Positions 1-9,208 of a stretch of 60,755 bases of DNA are shown piece by piece; position 1 is the stretch's first letter, and each line of letters starts with the position of its first letter. Source of the stretch: an uncultured Gammaproteobacteria bacterium (GTDB lineage Bacteria > Patescibacteriota > Patescibacteriia > CAYZDG01); NCBI GenBank assembly GCA_964536515.1, contig CAZHXI010000001.1, forward strand, positions 97,480 through 158,234. The letters are read 5' to 3'. The notes below the pieces were generated by a model. It was not told where the DNA came from. It did not search any database and saw nothing but the letters and a program-made list of their open reading frames with translations. Made by a program: the position numbers and the translations under genes.

Positions 1-2312
1 TCGCCGCGCCGAACTCGTGGACGTGGAACGTGCTCAATCCGGGCGTCGCCGCCCTGGATAGCTCCAGCGGCAACCGGGCAACCGTACGTGCGGTGGACAA
101 TGGCAGCACCCAGCTGCAGGCACGCCTGGGCGGCTTCAGCACGCCCGGCTCCTCCGACATAACGGTTACGCTGCCCAACCCGCTGCGCCTGGGTGCGGTA
201 ACGGGAGGGCAGTGCCGGAACAGCGTCATCACGGCAGAGTTCACCCGCCCGCTGGATGCCTCCACGGTACCCGGCAATATCTTGGTGGAAGAATTCAGCG
301 GCGGCGTATGGACCACGGTCGGCGCCACGGTACGGGTCTCCGCTGCCGGCTACGGCCGTACCGTCGTTACGCTCACCCCGCCCGGCATGCTGTCGGAGTC
401 ATCGCCGTACCGGCTGTGGGTGCGGGGCGGCGGAGCCGGCATCCGCGACCAGTTGGGCCAGCAGCTGCAGGACGACGACGGCTCGTACCCCGCGTTCAAG
501 ACGGTCGCCCTGGGCACGCCGCCGCGCGAGGTCTGCGCCGTCAGCAGGGTCGAGGTTACCCGGAATACCGTGCCGGTACGCACCGATACCTTCCTGTGCG
601 GCGGAACGAATAACTGCGGCGGCGACGATGATCCAGCTACGGCGGGCAACCAGCACGCGTTCCGCGCCCAGGCTCGCGCCGCCAGCGGGGACATAGTTAG
701 CGCCAGCTACCGCTGGACCGTGCCGCGCGGTGGGAACCTGGTAACCGTTACGCCGAACCCGGCCGTGGCGCAGGACGTTACGCTGACCGCCGGCAACCAG
801 AACGGCAGCGCTACCGTAGTGGTGGACGCCACCAACGATTACGGCAGCGCCCGGGGCAGCGTGGGCGTGCGGCTGTTCCTGTGCTCCAACCCGTGGCCCA
901 GCCCGACCGCAGCGGGGGACTGGGGTCCGTTCCTGGATAACGACACCGGCTTCTCGTTCTTCTACTGCCGCGACGACGGCAGCCCCGCCACGACGACGGA
1001 CGACCTGCCGCCGCTGCCCACGCCGACCCGTCGCAACATGGCCGGAGACCTCTTCCGCGAGATTATCTTCCTGCCCGGCGCCGCCGGCGGCGAAGTCAAT
1101 CCGGCGAACGGCGTACCGTACATCGACTACCTGCCGTCCATTACAGTGGACGAGAACGAGGAGGTTCGGTTCTACGTCAACGCCCACGACCCCGAGAACG
1201 ATACGCTCAGCTTCGCGCCCGACGGCGGCTTCAGCAACCTGACGTGGTCGCCGATCAGCCCCATGGGCCCCCAGGTGCTCAACCTGGGCAGCAGCGCGCT
1301 GTTCACCTGGCGGCCGGGGCCCACGCAGGGAGGCAGCACCCCCGGGGGGTTCGTAGACTACACCGCAACCTTCCACGTCCGCGATTCTGCCGGCGACGCC
1401 GGCCACTCCAACCCCGTGCTCATCCGCGTCATGGATACCTCTCTGCCAGAGCCGCCGCCTCCGCCGCCCGCTAGCGTGCTGGTCAACTTCGCATCCGGCG
1501 ACCCGGTGCACGCCCTGGGCAACGTGTCGTGGAACCGGTCGAGCTTCGCAGACACCTACCGCGTCTACCGGCGTGACGACGGCGCGGCCGGGGGCGGCGA
1601 CGGCAACGAGGAGGGCATCAGCTACGGCTACCCATCCGAGCTACGGAATCCGCTCCGCAGGGTGGCGGACGCCGTACGCAGCTGGGTGGCGAAGGTCATC
1701 TCGCCCATCGCCCGCGCCCTCAATATTCCCAGCAGCTTCGCCGCCGCTGCAGACATCGAGCCGCTGGGTTCGTACGTAGAGGTGGCTACGCCGCCCGTCG
1801 ACGATAGCTCCTGCGGCGCACGATGCGCCTACGCAGACTCTGGGGCGCCCGTCTCCCGCCGCCTGTGCTACGCCGTCAAGGCCTGCAACGAGGCTGGCTG
1901 CTCTGGCTTCTCGGCTCCGGCCTGCGGCGATGCGCCGCCGCCGAACACCCTGCCGACCGTAACCTTCGTGCAGCCCTCGACGCCCGGGCAGAACGTCCCG
2001 CTCGGATCGCCGTTCACCTTCAGGGCGCAGCTGGCAGAGGCAGATCCAGGCGACCACATAGCTAGCTACCAGTGGACCGTAGACGGCACCGCGCTGCCGG
2101 CGGTGAACGGCGACTTCGGCAGCGCCGAGACGGTGGAGGTTACGCGTACCTTCAGCGTCGCCGGCGCGCACACGGTCAGCCTCCGCGTTACAGACGGCAA
2201 CGGCGCGCGGCCCGTGCCTGACGCCAGCACCAGCGTCAACGCCCAGGCCAATGACGCGCCCGACGCCTGCATCATTAACCCCACCGGGCCGCAGCCGGCG
2301 TGGTGCACCTAG
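1..2312 (+). CDS. Cell-surface/secreted protein, 5'-partial (Ig-like repeats, C-terminal PKD-like repeat)
   Basis: The frame of ORF 30..2312 stays open to base 3, so the N-terminus lies outside the window. 'NVLNPGVAALDSSSGNRATVRAVDNGSTQLQARLG' looks like a bacterial Ig-like repeat. 'YQWTVDG...HTVSLRVTDGNG' looks like a PKD repeat. Confidence 0.6.
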   Translation, partial: AAPNSWTWNVLNPGVAALDSSSGNRATVRAVDNGSTQLQARLGGFSTPGSSDITVTLPNPLRLGAVTGGQCRNSVITAEFTRPLDASTVPGNILVEEFSGGVWTTVGATVRVSAAGYGRTVVTLTPPGMLSESSPYRLWVRGGGAGIRDQLGQQLQDDDGSYPAFKTVALGTPPREVCAVSRVEVTRNTVPVRTDTFLCGGTNNCGGDDDPATAGNQHAFRAQARAASGDIVSASYRWTVPRGGNLVTVTPNPAVAQDVTLTAGNQNGSATVVVDATNDYGSARGSVGVRLFLCSNPWPSPTAAGDWGPFLDNDTGFSFFYCRDDGSPATTTDDLPPLPTPTRRNMAGDLFREIIFLPGAAGGEVNPANGVPYIDYLPSITVDENEEVRFYVNAHDPENDTLSFAPDGGFSNLTWSPISPMGPQVLNLGSSALFTWRPGPTQGGSTPGGFVDYTATFHVRDSAGDAGHSNPVLIRVMDTSLPEPPPPPPASVLVNFASGDPVHALGNVSWNRSSFADTYRVYRRDDGAAGGGDGNEEGISYGYPSELRNPLRRVADAVRSWVAKVISPIARALNIPSSFAAAADIEPLGSYVEVATPPVDDSSCGARCAYADSGAPVSRRLCYAVKACNEAGCSGFSAPACGDAPPPNTLPTVTFVQPSTPGQNVPLGSPFTFRAQLAEADPGDHIASYQWTVDGTALPAVNGDFGSAETVEVTRTFSVAGAHTVSLRVTDGNGARPVPDASTSVNAQANDAPDACIINPTGPQPAWCT

Positions 2313-2318
2313 CCGCAT

Positions 2319-3332
2319 ATGGACCGACGACGAATTCCCATTCTCGTAGCTGCCGGCGTCGCCGCGCTGCTATCGGGTGCCTACCTGTTGGCGCAGCCCA
2401 AGTTCGGCTGGCCGCTGCCCGCTCTGGCCGACATGCCGGTGCCGGCTACCACCACCCGTAACTTCACCGGCGCCATAGCCGTTCGCGTGTTCCGTAACCC
2501 GAACCGGCTAGACCCGCTCGCCTGGTACCGCAGCCAAGACTTTACCCAGGGCAACCCCGGCGCGGCGACCGTAGACGGCTACCCCGGCCTGGAGGAGGGG
2601 AGCTCGGTCTACGTCTCTGCCCCCAACTACATCCACGCCAATGCGCCGGGTGTACCGCGCGCCTACGTTAACGTCTACCTATTGTCCTACGGCCAGGGCT
2701 CCGACGAGGCGACGGTGGAGATTGCCCGGCGGCTACGGCAGAACTGGGAGTTCCTCTCGAACATTCCCACCGAGGTGCCGGATGGCACCGCGTTAGCCAG
2801 GGAGAAGCTGCGCCGCGATAACCAGAGGCTGACCGTGCTCGGCACCACCGTCGCTAGCCTGCAGCGCTACCGCCAGGCTAACGGCAGCTACCCCAACCTT
2901 GCCGCCGGCAGCTACCTGCCCGGACGTTCCGTTAGCACCTGGCCGTCGTGGACTGGCACGCTGAGCGCCGCCCTGGGTGGCCCAGTGGGCGTGGACCCCG
3001 TCAATAGCTTTGACCCCTCGTGGCCGTACGATGGTCCCTCCGCCTGCGATACGTCACAGGGCTTCGCCACCGGCACCTGCTACGCCGCGCCCGGCACGCC
3101 CGGCGGCGGCAGCACCGGCGACTACCGGTGCCCGGCGGGCAGCCACGTGTTCGAGTACGAGTCGGCAGCGTCAACCCGTCTGTACGCGAACTTCGAGTTC
3201 AAGAATATTCAGTGGCCCAGCGGACTTGCCCACAGCACGGTAGATGTGGGTGCTGATGACGCCTGCCGAAGCTACTTCATCGACATGGATGCACGCGGTC
3301 CGTCGTGGGGCGGCGTCTGGTCAGCGTCCTAA
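2319..3332 (+). CDS. Membrane-anchored hypothetical protein with GspG-like 'YRQANGSYP' motif
   Basis: N-terminal TM helix (IPILVAAGVAALLSGAYLLA). 'LQRYRQANGSYPNLAAGSYLPG' resembles the globular-domain motif of type II secretion/pseudopilin G proteins. No prepilin cleavage motif is present. Confidence 0.45.
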   Translation: MDRRRIPILVAAGVAALLSGAYLLAQPKFGWPLPALADMPVPATTTRNFTGAIAVRVFRNPNRLDPLAWYRSQDFTQGNPGAATVDGYPGLEEGSSVYVSAPNYIHANAPGVPRAYVNVYLLSYGQGSDEATVEIARRLRQNWEFLSNIPTEVPDGTALAREKLRRDNQRLTVLGTTVASLQRYRQANGSYPNLAAGSYLPGRSVSTWPSWTGTLSAALGGPVGVDPVNSFDPSWPYDGPSACDTSQGFATGTCYAAPGTPGGGSTGDYRCPAGSHVFEYESAASTRLYANFEFKNIQWPSGLAHSTVDVGADDACRSYFIDMDARGPSWGGVWSAS

Positions 3333-3353
3333 CCTGCTTGCTAGAATGTCCCT

Positions 3354-4016
3354 ATGAGCGACGACCTCAGCAGCCAGCTGAATCCACCCGCACCGGCGAT
3401 GCCGGCGGAGCCTGCCATGCCCCAGCCTACGGCTGCCGCTGCACCTGCGCCGGATATCTTTGCGGGAGTAGATGGGTCTACGCCACAGCCGGCTGCCGCT
3501 GCGCCGGCGCAGCCCCAGGTGCAGGCAATGCCCAGGCCGCTGGAGCCGCTGGAGCACCTGCCCGAGCTGGAGGCCGAAGATGGGCGTAAGAAGGTGTTCG
3601 TCTGGGTGGGCGTGGCGGTTGCGGTGATCATTGTGGCTGTCGGCGGCTGGTTCGCCTACGGGCAGCTGCTCGCCCCAGCTTCGCCGACCGTTCCCGGGGG
3701 CGGCAGCCCAGTAGCGCCGGACGGGTCCGGTGAGCCGCAGGAGCCTGGAACCCCAGCGACCCCGGCAACCGACGATGACTTCGACCGTGACGGCTTAACG
3801 AACGCCGAGGAGGAGCAGCTGCAGACAGACCCATACAACGCCGATACCGACGCCGATGGCCTGTACGACCGCGAGGAGGTGAATGCCTGGCACACCGATC
3901 CCCTGAACCCTGACACCGACGGCGATAGCTACCTAGACGGCGCCGAGGTGGCGAACGGCTTCAACCCCAAGGGCAGCGGCCCGCTGCTGGAGCTGCCCAC
4001 CAGCACCGCTCCGTAG
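3354..4016 (+). CDS. Pro/Ala-rich membrane protein with thrombospondin type-3-like Ca-binding repeats
   Basis: One TM segment (VFVWVGVAVAVIIVAVGGWFAY). It is followed by repeated D-x-D-x-D-G motifs (DRDGLTNAEE, DTDADGLYDREE, DTDGDSYLDGAE). Confidence 0.55.
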   Translation: MSDDLSSQLNPPAPAMPAEPAMPQPTAAAAPAPDIFAGVDGSTPQPAAAAPAQPQVQAMPRPLEPLEHLPELEAEDGRKKVFVWVGVAVAVIIVAVGGWFAYGQLLAPASPTVPGGGSPVAPDGSGEPQEPGTPATPATDDDFDRDGLTNAEEEQLQTDPYNADTDADGLYDREEVNAWHTDPLNPDTDGDSYLDGAEVANGFNPKGSGPLLELPTSTAP

Positions 4017-4022
4017 CAGGCT

Positions 4023-5258
4023 GTGGCAGAGGAGACACGAGACCCCAGCGTCGCACCGGAAATACCGGTGCGCGTAATGCCGGCAGCCTTTCTGCCCGGC
4101 GCCAAGCAGGCGCACGGGCGCGGTGCGGAAACCGCGTCCGCCGTAGGGGCGAGGCGCGCCTCGCCCCTACCCGCCCATGCGGTGCGCCGGCGGTGGATTA
4201 TCTGGATTGGGCTAGGATTCTTAGCCCTGGTTCTTGCGGGAGCCGGCATTGCGCTGTGGCTGCTGCAGCCGGTCGAAATCGTCAACGATGTTCCGGCGGA
4301 TCAGACCGGAACTCCTACCGGCACGGCGCAGGTTGCGCCCGAGTCTTCCACCGGCGCGCAGACCCCAGCCGGCCGCGACGAGGTGAGGCTGCAGCACATT
4401 TCCAACCTCCACACGGCCTTCGAGCAGTACCGGCAGGTCAACGGCCGCTACCCCGAGCAGCTGCAGCAGCTGGTGGCCTACCTGCCCGACGTCCCGGTTG
4501 ATCCCAGTGGCTCGGCCTACCCCTACCAGCCGAGCGGCGACGGCGCCAGCTACCAGCTCCAGTTCACCCTGGAGGCGGGGGGAACCTACCGTGGGCTCCG
4601 CCTGCTGCCCGGGCCGTACAGCCTCACCCCGCAGGGCGTGCAGGTGCCCGTGGCTGCGCCGGCTGACCCCACGTTGCCCGAGCCCGGGGCTACGCCGCCT
4701 CCTACCACGGCTGATTCTGACGCCGACGGCTTGACCGACGTCGAGGAGGCGCAGTACGCCACCGAGCTCAACGGAGCAGACACCGACTCCGACGGCTACG
4801 TAGACGGCGTAGAGGTACGCGGCGGCTTCGACCCGCTCTCGCCCGGCCGCACTGCGCTGGATGCCGGCTTGGTGCAGCGCTACGACAACGTTACCCAGCG
4901 CTACGCCGTTAGCTACCCCACGGGCTGGGTTACGCGTGCCCTGGATGCGCCGCAGGCGACCCAGGTTACATTCAGCGCCCCGAACGGGGAGTTCTTCCAG
5001 GTACTGGCAGAGGAGAACCCGGGCAGCCTGTCGTCGATTGAGTGGTACCAGCAGCAGTACCCCGGCGCCGACGTGGCCGGGCTGGTTCCGGTTACCGTAG
5101 CGGGACGTTCGGGCGTACGCGCCCCGGACGGACTCACCGTGTACGTGGGCGACGGGCAGACCATGTACGTCTTGGTCTACAGCCTGGGCGGCGCCAGCCA
5201 GGCAAGCTACGTCAGCACCTTCGCCCTGTTCCAGTCCAGTTTCCAAATTGGCGGGTAA
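4023..5258 (+). CDS. Membrane-anchored protein with GspG-like motif and TSP3-like repeats
   Basis: GTG start. TM helix (WIIWIGLGFLALVLAGAGIALWLL). 'FEQYRQVNGRYPEQLQQL' motif. DSDADGLTDVEE / DTDSDGYVDGVE repeats. Confidence 0.5.
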   Translation: MAEETRDPSVAPEIPVRVMPAAFLPGAKQAHGRGAETASAVGARRASPLPAHAVRRRWIIWIGLGFLALVLAGAGIALWLLQPVEIVNDVPADQTGTPTGTAQVAPESSTGAQTPAGRDEVRLQHISNLHTAFEQYRQVNGRYPEQLQQLVAYLPDVPVDPSGSAYPYQPSGDGASYQLQFTLEAGGTYRGLRLLPGPYSLTPQGVQVPVAAPADPTLPEPGATPPPTTADSDADGLTDVEEAQYATELNGADTDSDGYVDGVEVRGGFDPLSPGRTALDAGLVQRYDNVTQRYAVSYPTGWVTRALDAPQATQVTFSAPNGEFFQVLAEENPGSLSSIEWYQQQYPGADVAGLVPVTVAGRSGVRAPDGLTVYVGDGQTMYVLVYSLGGASQASYVSTFALFQSSFQIGG

Positions 5259-5263
5259 TGTAG

Positions 5264-5283
5264 GGACGTAAAATTTTACGTCC
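5264..5283. repeat. Perfect 20-bp palindrome GGACGTAAAATTTTACGTCC between a stop codon and the ybeY start
   Basis: Read directly from the sequence. A related palindrome lies at 20232-20259 and a shorter one at 55536-55552. Confidence 0.8.
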
Positions 5284-5293
5284 GTACAAATAT

Positions 5294-5710
5294 ATGCCGG
5301 CGACGGTTGCGTTACGACAGGCGGCCGGGCAACGTGTGCCGGCTAGCCTGGTGCAGCGGGTCGTGGACGCTGCCGGACGTAGGCACGCCGAGCTGCGGCG
5401 CCTGGGCGTATCGGTAGCCATCGTGGGAGACGGCCAGATGCGCCGTCTGAACCGTGTCTACCATGGCGTCGACTCAACGACCGACGTCCTCACCTTCTCC
5501 ATGCGCGAGGAGGGCGTGGTGGAGATCATCGTCTGCTACCACCAGGCGGCTCGGCAGGCAAAGGCGGCCAGCTGGTCCATTCAGTCCGAGCTGCAGCTGC
5601 TGGTTGCACACGGCATGCTGCACGCCGCCGGCTTCGACGACCGCAGGCCAGCCGACGAGAAGAAGATGCGGCGCGAGGAAGCTGCCGTGCTGGCTCTGCT
5701 GCGTCGCTGA
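5294..5710 (+). CDS. ybeY: Endoribonuclease YbeY
   Basis: 138 aa with the metal-binding motif 'HGMLHAAGFDD' (H-x3-H-x5-H/D type), at the typical size for the family. Confidence 0.85.
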   Translation: MPATVALRQAAGQRVPASLVQRVVDAAGRRHAELRRLGVSVAIVGDGQMRRLNRVYHGVDSTTDVLTFSMREEGVVEIIVCYHQAARQAKAASWSIQSELQLLVAHGMLHAAGFDDRRPADEKKMRREEAAVLALLRR

Positions 5711-5735
5711 CGTCCCGGGGGCAGCGTGCGCCTAT

Positions 5736-5752
5736 GCCCTTCGGGGCTTTTT
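5736..5752 (+). terminator. Short GCCC-UUCG-GGGC hairpin plus T5 after ybeY
   Basis: GCCCTTCGGGGCTTTTT read directly. The stem is only 4 bp, so the call is weak. Confidence 0.4.
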
Positions 5753-5796
5753 CAGTATACTAATTGGTACCCGCTACACTTTTCCTCAACCTTTGC

Positions 5797-7041
5797 ATGG
5801 CTAAGCCAGAGATACTCACCGGGGTCGACGTCGGCTCCACCACGGTTCGCGTGGTGGTGTGCCAGCGGCAGCCGGGCGGCGAGCTAACCGCCATCGCGGC
5901 CAGCGAGGTGCCGGCCCAGGGCGTGAGCAAGGGTGTGGTGACGAGCATAGACGAGACGGTCTCGGCGCTATCCGAGGCCTTCGAGCGTGCCGAGCGCATG
6001 GCCGGCGTACCCATCGAGCGTGCCACGGTGGGCGTATCCGGCAGCCACGTAATGACCCAGGAGAGCCACGGCGTGGTGGCGGTAGCCAAGGCAGACGGCG
6101 AGATAGGACCGGGCGACGTGCAGCGAGTGCTGGAGGCGGCCCAGACCGTAGCCGTTCCACCGAACTACGAGCTGCTGCACGTAATCCCGCGCAGCTACAC
6201 CGTAGATAGCCAGGCCAATGTGAAGGACCCGGTCGGGATGGTCGGCGTTCGGCTGGAGGTGCAGGCGCAGATCATCATGTGCCAGGCGGCGCCGGTCCGA
6301 AACCTGACCAAGTGCGTGTACCGAACGGGCGTAGATGTAGACGAGCTGGTGTTCAGCGTCCTCGCCACCGCCACCGCGTGCACCACCCGCAAGCAGCGCG
6401 AGCTGGGCGTTGCCCTGGTGAACATCGGCGGGGCGACGACCAGCCTGGTCGTGTACGAGGAGGGAGACATAGTGCACACGGCGGTGCTGCCCGTCGGGGC
6501 GGGGCACGTTACGGCAGACCTCGCCATCGGCCTACGGACCGCCATCGACGTGGCCGAGCACATCAAGCTCAACCACGGCGTAGCGCAGGCCAAGCAGGTG
6601 CCGCGGCGTGAGGACATCGACGTCAGCGCCGCCGAGGACGCCGGCGCTTCGCCCGTCCGCGTCTCCCGCCAGCACGTCGCAGAAATTATCGAGGCTCGCA
6701 TGGACGAGCTATTCAAGATGGTAGACCGCGAGCTGCGCAAGGTTGGCCGCAGCGGCCTGCTGCCCGCCGGCGTAGTCATCACCGGCGGCGGCGCCAAGCT
6801 GCCCGGCGTGGTAGACCTAGCCAAAGACGTGTTCCGCCTGCCGGCATTCCTGGGCCTGCCGTTGGACCTCCGTACCCCCGTAGACAAGCTGCACGACAGC
6901 CAGTTCACCACCGCGGTGGGCCTGGCGCAGTGGCTGGCGACCGGCTCCGGCGGCGACGCCGCCCGTGCAGCAGACCGTCCGCACGCCAGCGGCGACGTGG
7001 CGGGAAAGGTCCGCGGCTGGCTGCGCTCGCTGCTGCCGTAG
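5797..7041 (+). CDS. ftsA: Cell division protein FtsA
   Basis: Actin-like ATPase with 'ILTGVDVGSTTVRVVV' and 'ALVNIGGATTSLVV', located immediately upstream of ftsZ. The ATG at 5797 is preferred over the TTG at 5764. Confidence 0.9.
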   Translation: MAKPEILTGVDVGSTTVRVVVCQRQPGGELTAIAASEVPAQGVSKGVVTSIDETVSALSEAFERAERMAGVPIERATVGVSGSHVMTQESHGVVAVAKADGEIGPGDVQRVLEAAQTVAVPPNYELLHVIPRSYTVDSQANVKDPVGMVGVRLEVQAQIIMCQAAPVRNLTKCVYRTGVDVDELVFSVLATATACTTRKQRELGVALVNIGGATTSLVVYEEGDIVHTAVLPVGAGHVTADLAIGLRTAIDVAEHIKLNHGVAQAKQVPRREDIDVSAAEDAGASPVRVSRQHVAEIIEARMDELFKMVDRELRKVGRSGLLPAGVVITGGGAKLPGVVDLAKDVFRLPAFLGLPLDLRTPVDKLHDSQFTTAVGLAQWLATGSGGDAARAADRPHASGDVAGKVRGWLRSLLP

Positions 7042-7062
7042 CGCCGTGCTACGATACCGTCC

Positions 7063-8337
7063 ATGGCACGTCGCACCACGCACCACCAGGCGCCAGCGCG
7101 CCACGCGCCCCGTACGCAGCGCAGCGCCCTCGCATCGATAAAGGTAGCGGGCGTCGGCGGCTCCGGTGGCGCCGCCGTCAATCGCATGGCGGCCAGCAAG
7201 CTGGCCGGCGTTGACCTGCTCGCGTTCAACACCGACAGCCAGGCGCTGGAGAGCAACCAGGCAGAGAACCGCGTCCACATCGGCCAGCAGACCACGCGCG
7301 GCCTGGGCGCCGGCATGGACCCCGAGGTTGGCTACCGTGCGGCGGAGGAGAGCAGCGACGAGATAGCAAAGGCGCTGCAGGGCTCCGACATGGTGTTCGT
7401 TACCTGCGGGCTCGGGGGCGGCACCGGCACCGGCGCTGCGCCGGTCGTGGCAGAAATTGCCCGTAGCCAGGGCGCATTGACCGTAGCCGTTGTCACCAAG
7501 CCGTTCGCCTTCGAGGGGGCGCAGCGCCGCCGCCTAGCCGAGGACGGCCACGCCCAGCTGGCCGAGCGGGTAGACGCCATCATTACCATTCCCAACGACC
7601 GCATCCTGCAGCTCATCGATCGGCAGACGCCGCTGCTGGAGGCGTTCGGCATCGTTGACGAGGTGCTCAAGCAGGCGGTGCAGGGCATCTCCGACATCAT
7701 CACCGTCCCCGGTCTGGTGAACGTAGACTTCGCCGATGTGCAGGCCATTATGAAGGATGCGGGCAGCGCGCTGATGGGCATTGGCCGGGCTGCGGGCGAG
7801 GGCCGTGCGGTAGAGGCCGCGCGAGCGGCGATCGATTCGCCGCTGCTGGAGCTTTCCATTGAGGGGGCCAAGGGCGTGCTGTTCACCGTAACCGGCGGCT
7901 CCAACCTGGCTATGTACGAGGTCAACGAGGCGGCCGAGGTCATTACCCAGGCGGTTGATCCTGACGCCAAGATTATATTCGGCGCCGTGGTAGACCCCAG
8001 CCTGGGAGACGAGGTTCGCGTTACGGTCATCGCCACCGGCTTCGCCGCGCAGACCCTGATGAACCCCGGCGCCGCCAAGCCCGCCGCGAGCTTCGCCGGC
8101 GAGCGCGAGAAGCTGCGGCCAACGTACGCCCCAACGCCGGCGGCGAAGCGCCACGCCGACCGTCCCGCGCCGCCCCAGCAGGTTCGTCGCCCCGAGGCTC
8201 GTCCCTCGTTCGCCGACACTACAGCTGCCGGGCCGACGCCCGAGCCACGCTTCGCGCAGCGGGCGGTAGCAGACGCGGCGACCCTGAGCGAGGAGGAGCT
8301 GGAGATTCCAGCCTTCCTGCGCAAGAAGATGGGCTAG
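7063..8337 (+). CDS. ftsZ: Cell division GTPase FtsZ
   Basis: Tubulin signature 'GLGGGTGTGAAPVVAEIA'. The C-terminal peptide 'LEIPAFLRKK' is typical of the FtsZ tail. Confidence 0.97.
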   Translation: MARRTTHHQAPARHAPRTQRSALASIKVAGVGGSGGAAVNRMAASKLAGVDLLAFNTDSQALESNQAENRVHIGQQTTRGLGAGMDPEVGYRAAEESSDEIAKALQGSDMVFVTCGLGGGTGTGAAPVVAEIARSQGALTVAVVTKPFAFEGAQRRRLAEDGHAQLAERVDAIITIPNDRILQLIDRQTPLLEAFGIVDEVLKQAVQGISDIITVPGLVNVDFADVQAIMKDAGSALMGIGRAAGEGRAVEAARAAIDSPLLELSIEGAKGVLFTVTGGSNLAMYEVNEAAEVITQAVDPDAKIIFGAVVDPSLGDEVRVTVIATGFAAQTLMNPGAAKPAASFAGEREKLRPTYAPTPAAKRHADRPAPPQQVRRPEARPSFADTTAAGPTPEPRFAQRAVADAATLSEEELEIPAFLRKKMG

Positions 8338-8347
8338 CGGCGGCGCC

Positions 8348-9106
8348 ATGGCCACCGTCGTTCTCGCCATCGCCGGCCTGGTAGCCGGCAGCTTCGTTAG
8401 CGCCTGGCTGCACCGGCTCCGCACCGGTACATCTGTGGTCGTCGGCCGCTCGGCCTGCCCCAGCTGCGGCCACCAGCTCGCCTGGTACGATTTGCTGCCC
8501 GTGGCTAGCTGGTTGATGCTCCGCGGCCGCTGCCGCTACTGCAGCCAGCCGATTAGCTGGCAGTACCCTGCGCTGGAGCTGGCGCTGGCCATCCTGTTCG
8601 TCCTCGCCCCACTGGGCAGCGGCGCCATCGCCGTAGCGGCGTACCTCGCCGCCTGCCTGCTGCTGGTTGCCGCCGCTACGTACGACGCCCGCTGGATGGA
8701 GCTGCCGGACATCATCAGCTGGCTGCTGGTGGCCGCGGGCGTACTGCGGATAATCGGCGTTGCGCTGGCGAGCGGTACCTGGGCTCCGGTGCTTTTGAAC
8801 GCCGCGCTCGGCGCTGCCGTGGCCGGCGGCTTCTTTGCGCTGCAGTACCTCGTCTCACGCGGAAGGTGGATTGGCAGCGGCGACATTATCCTGGGCGCCG
8901 CCGCCGGCCTGCTGGTCGGATGGCCGGGTAGCCTGCTGGTGCTGGTGGTGGCCTACGTGGTCGGCGGAGCGGTGGCCGTGCCGCTGCTGGCGCTCCGCCG
9001 GCGCGGGTGGTCTACGGCGGTGGCATTCGGCCCCTTCATTGCGGTGGGAACGTGGGTGGCGATGCGGTTCGGCACCCAGCTGACCCAGCTGCTGGGCTGG
9101 GTGTAG
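8348..9106 (+). CDS. pilD: Prepilin peptidase (A24 family, PilD-like)
   Basis: Zn-finger region 'CPSCGHQLAWYDLLPVASWLMLRGRCRYCSQPISWQYPALE'. Catalytic-Asp contexts 'YDARWMELPD' and 'GSGDIILGAAAG'. The protein is polytopic. Confidence 0.9.
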   Translation: MATVVLAIAGLVAGSFVSAWLHRLRTGTSVVVGRSACPSCGHQLAWYDLLPVASWLMLRGRCRYCSQPISWQYPALELALAILFVLAPLGSGAIAVAAYLAACLLLVAAATYDARWMELPDIISWLLVAAGVLRIIGVALASGTWAPVLLNAALGAAVAGGFFALQYLVSRGRWIGSGDIILGAAAGLLVGWPGSLLVLVVAYVVGGAVAVPLLALRRRGWSTAVAFGPFIAVGTWVAMRFGTQLTQLLGWV

Positions 9107-9114
9107 GTAGCCGG

Positions 9115-9208
9115 GTCGAAAATTCGTTGGTCGATTGTCGGGGGTAGGGTATACTTGGGTTGATTCTCAGGTGCTTTTATGCTACGACCAACGATCAACG
9201 ACCAACGA
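9115..9208. repeat. Inverted CGAnnAA-heptad cassette, copy 1 (no cargo)
   Basis: The left arm is 9115-9140 (GTCGAAAATTCGTTGGTCGATTGTCG). The right arm is 9185-9208 (CGACCAA CGATCAA CGACCAA CGA). TCGTTGGTCG is the exact reverse complement of CGACCAACGA. Confidence 0.75.

Noticed and set aside
399-1511. Long antisense or alternative-frame ORFs, for example 399..1511(-), 6195..7316(-), 7332..8324(-), 13087..14034(-), 38667..39518(-), 41852..43582(-), 46793..47854(-) and 59566..60306(-).
   Set aside because: They overlap well-supported genes and have Arg/Ala/Gly/Pro-rich compositions with no motifs. They are the shadow ORFs expected in high-GC DNA.
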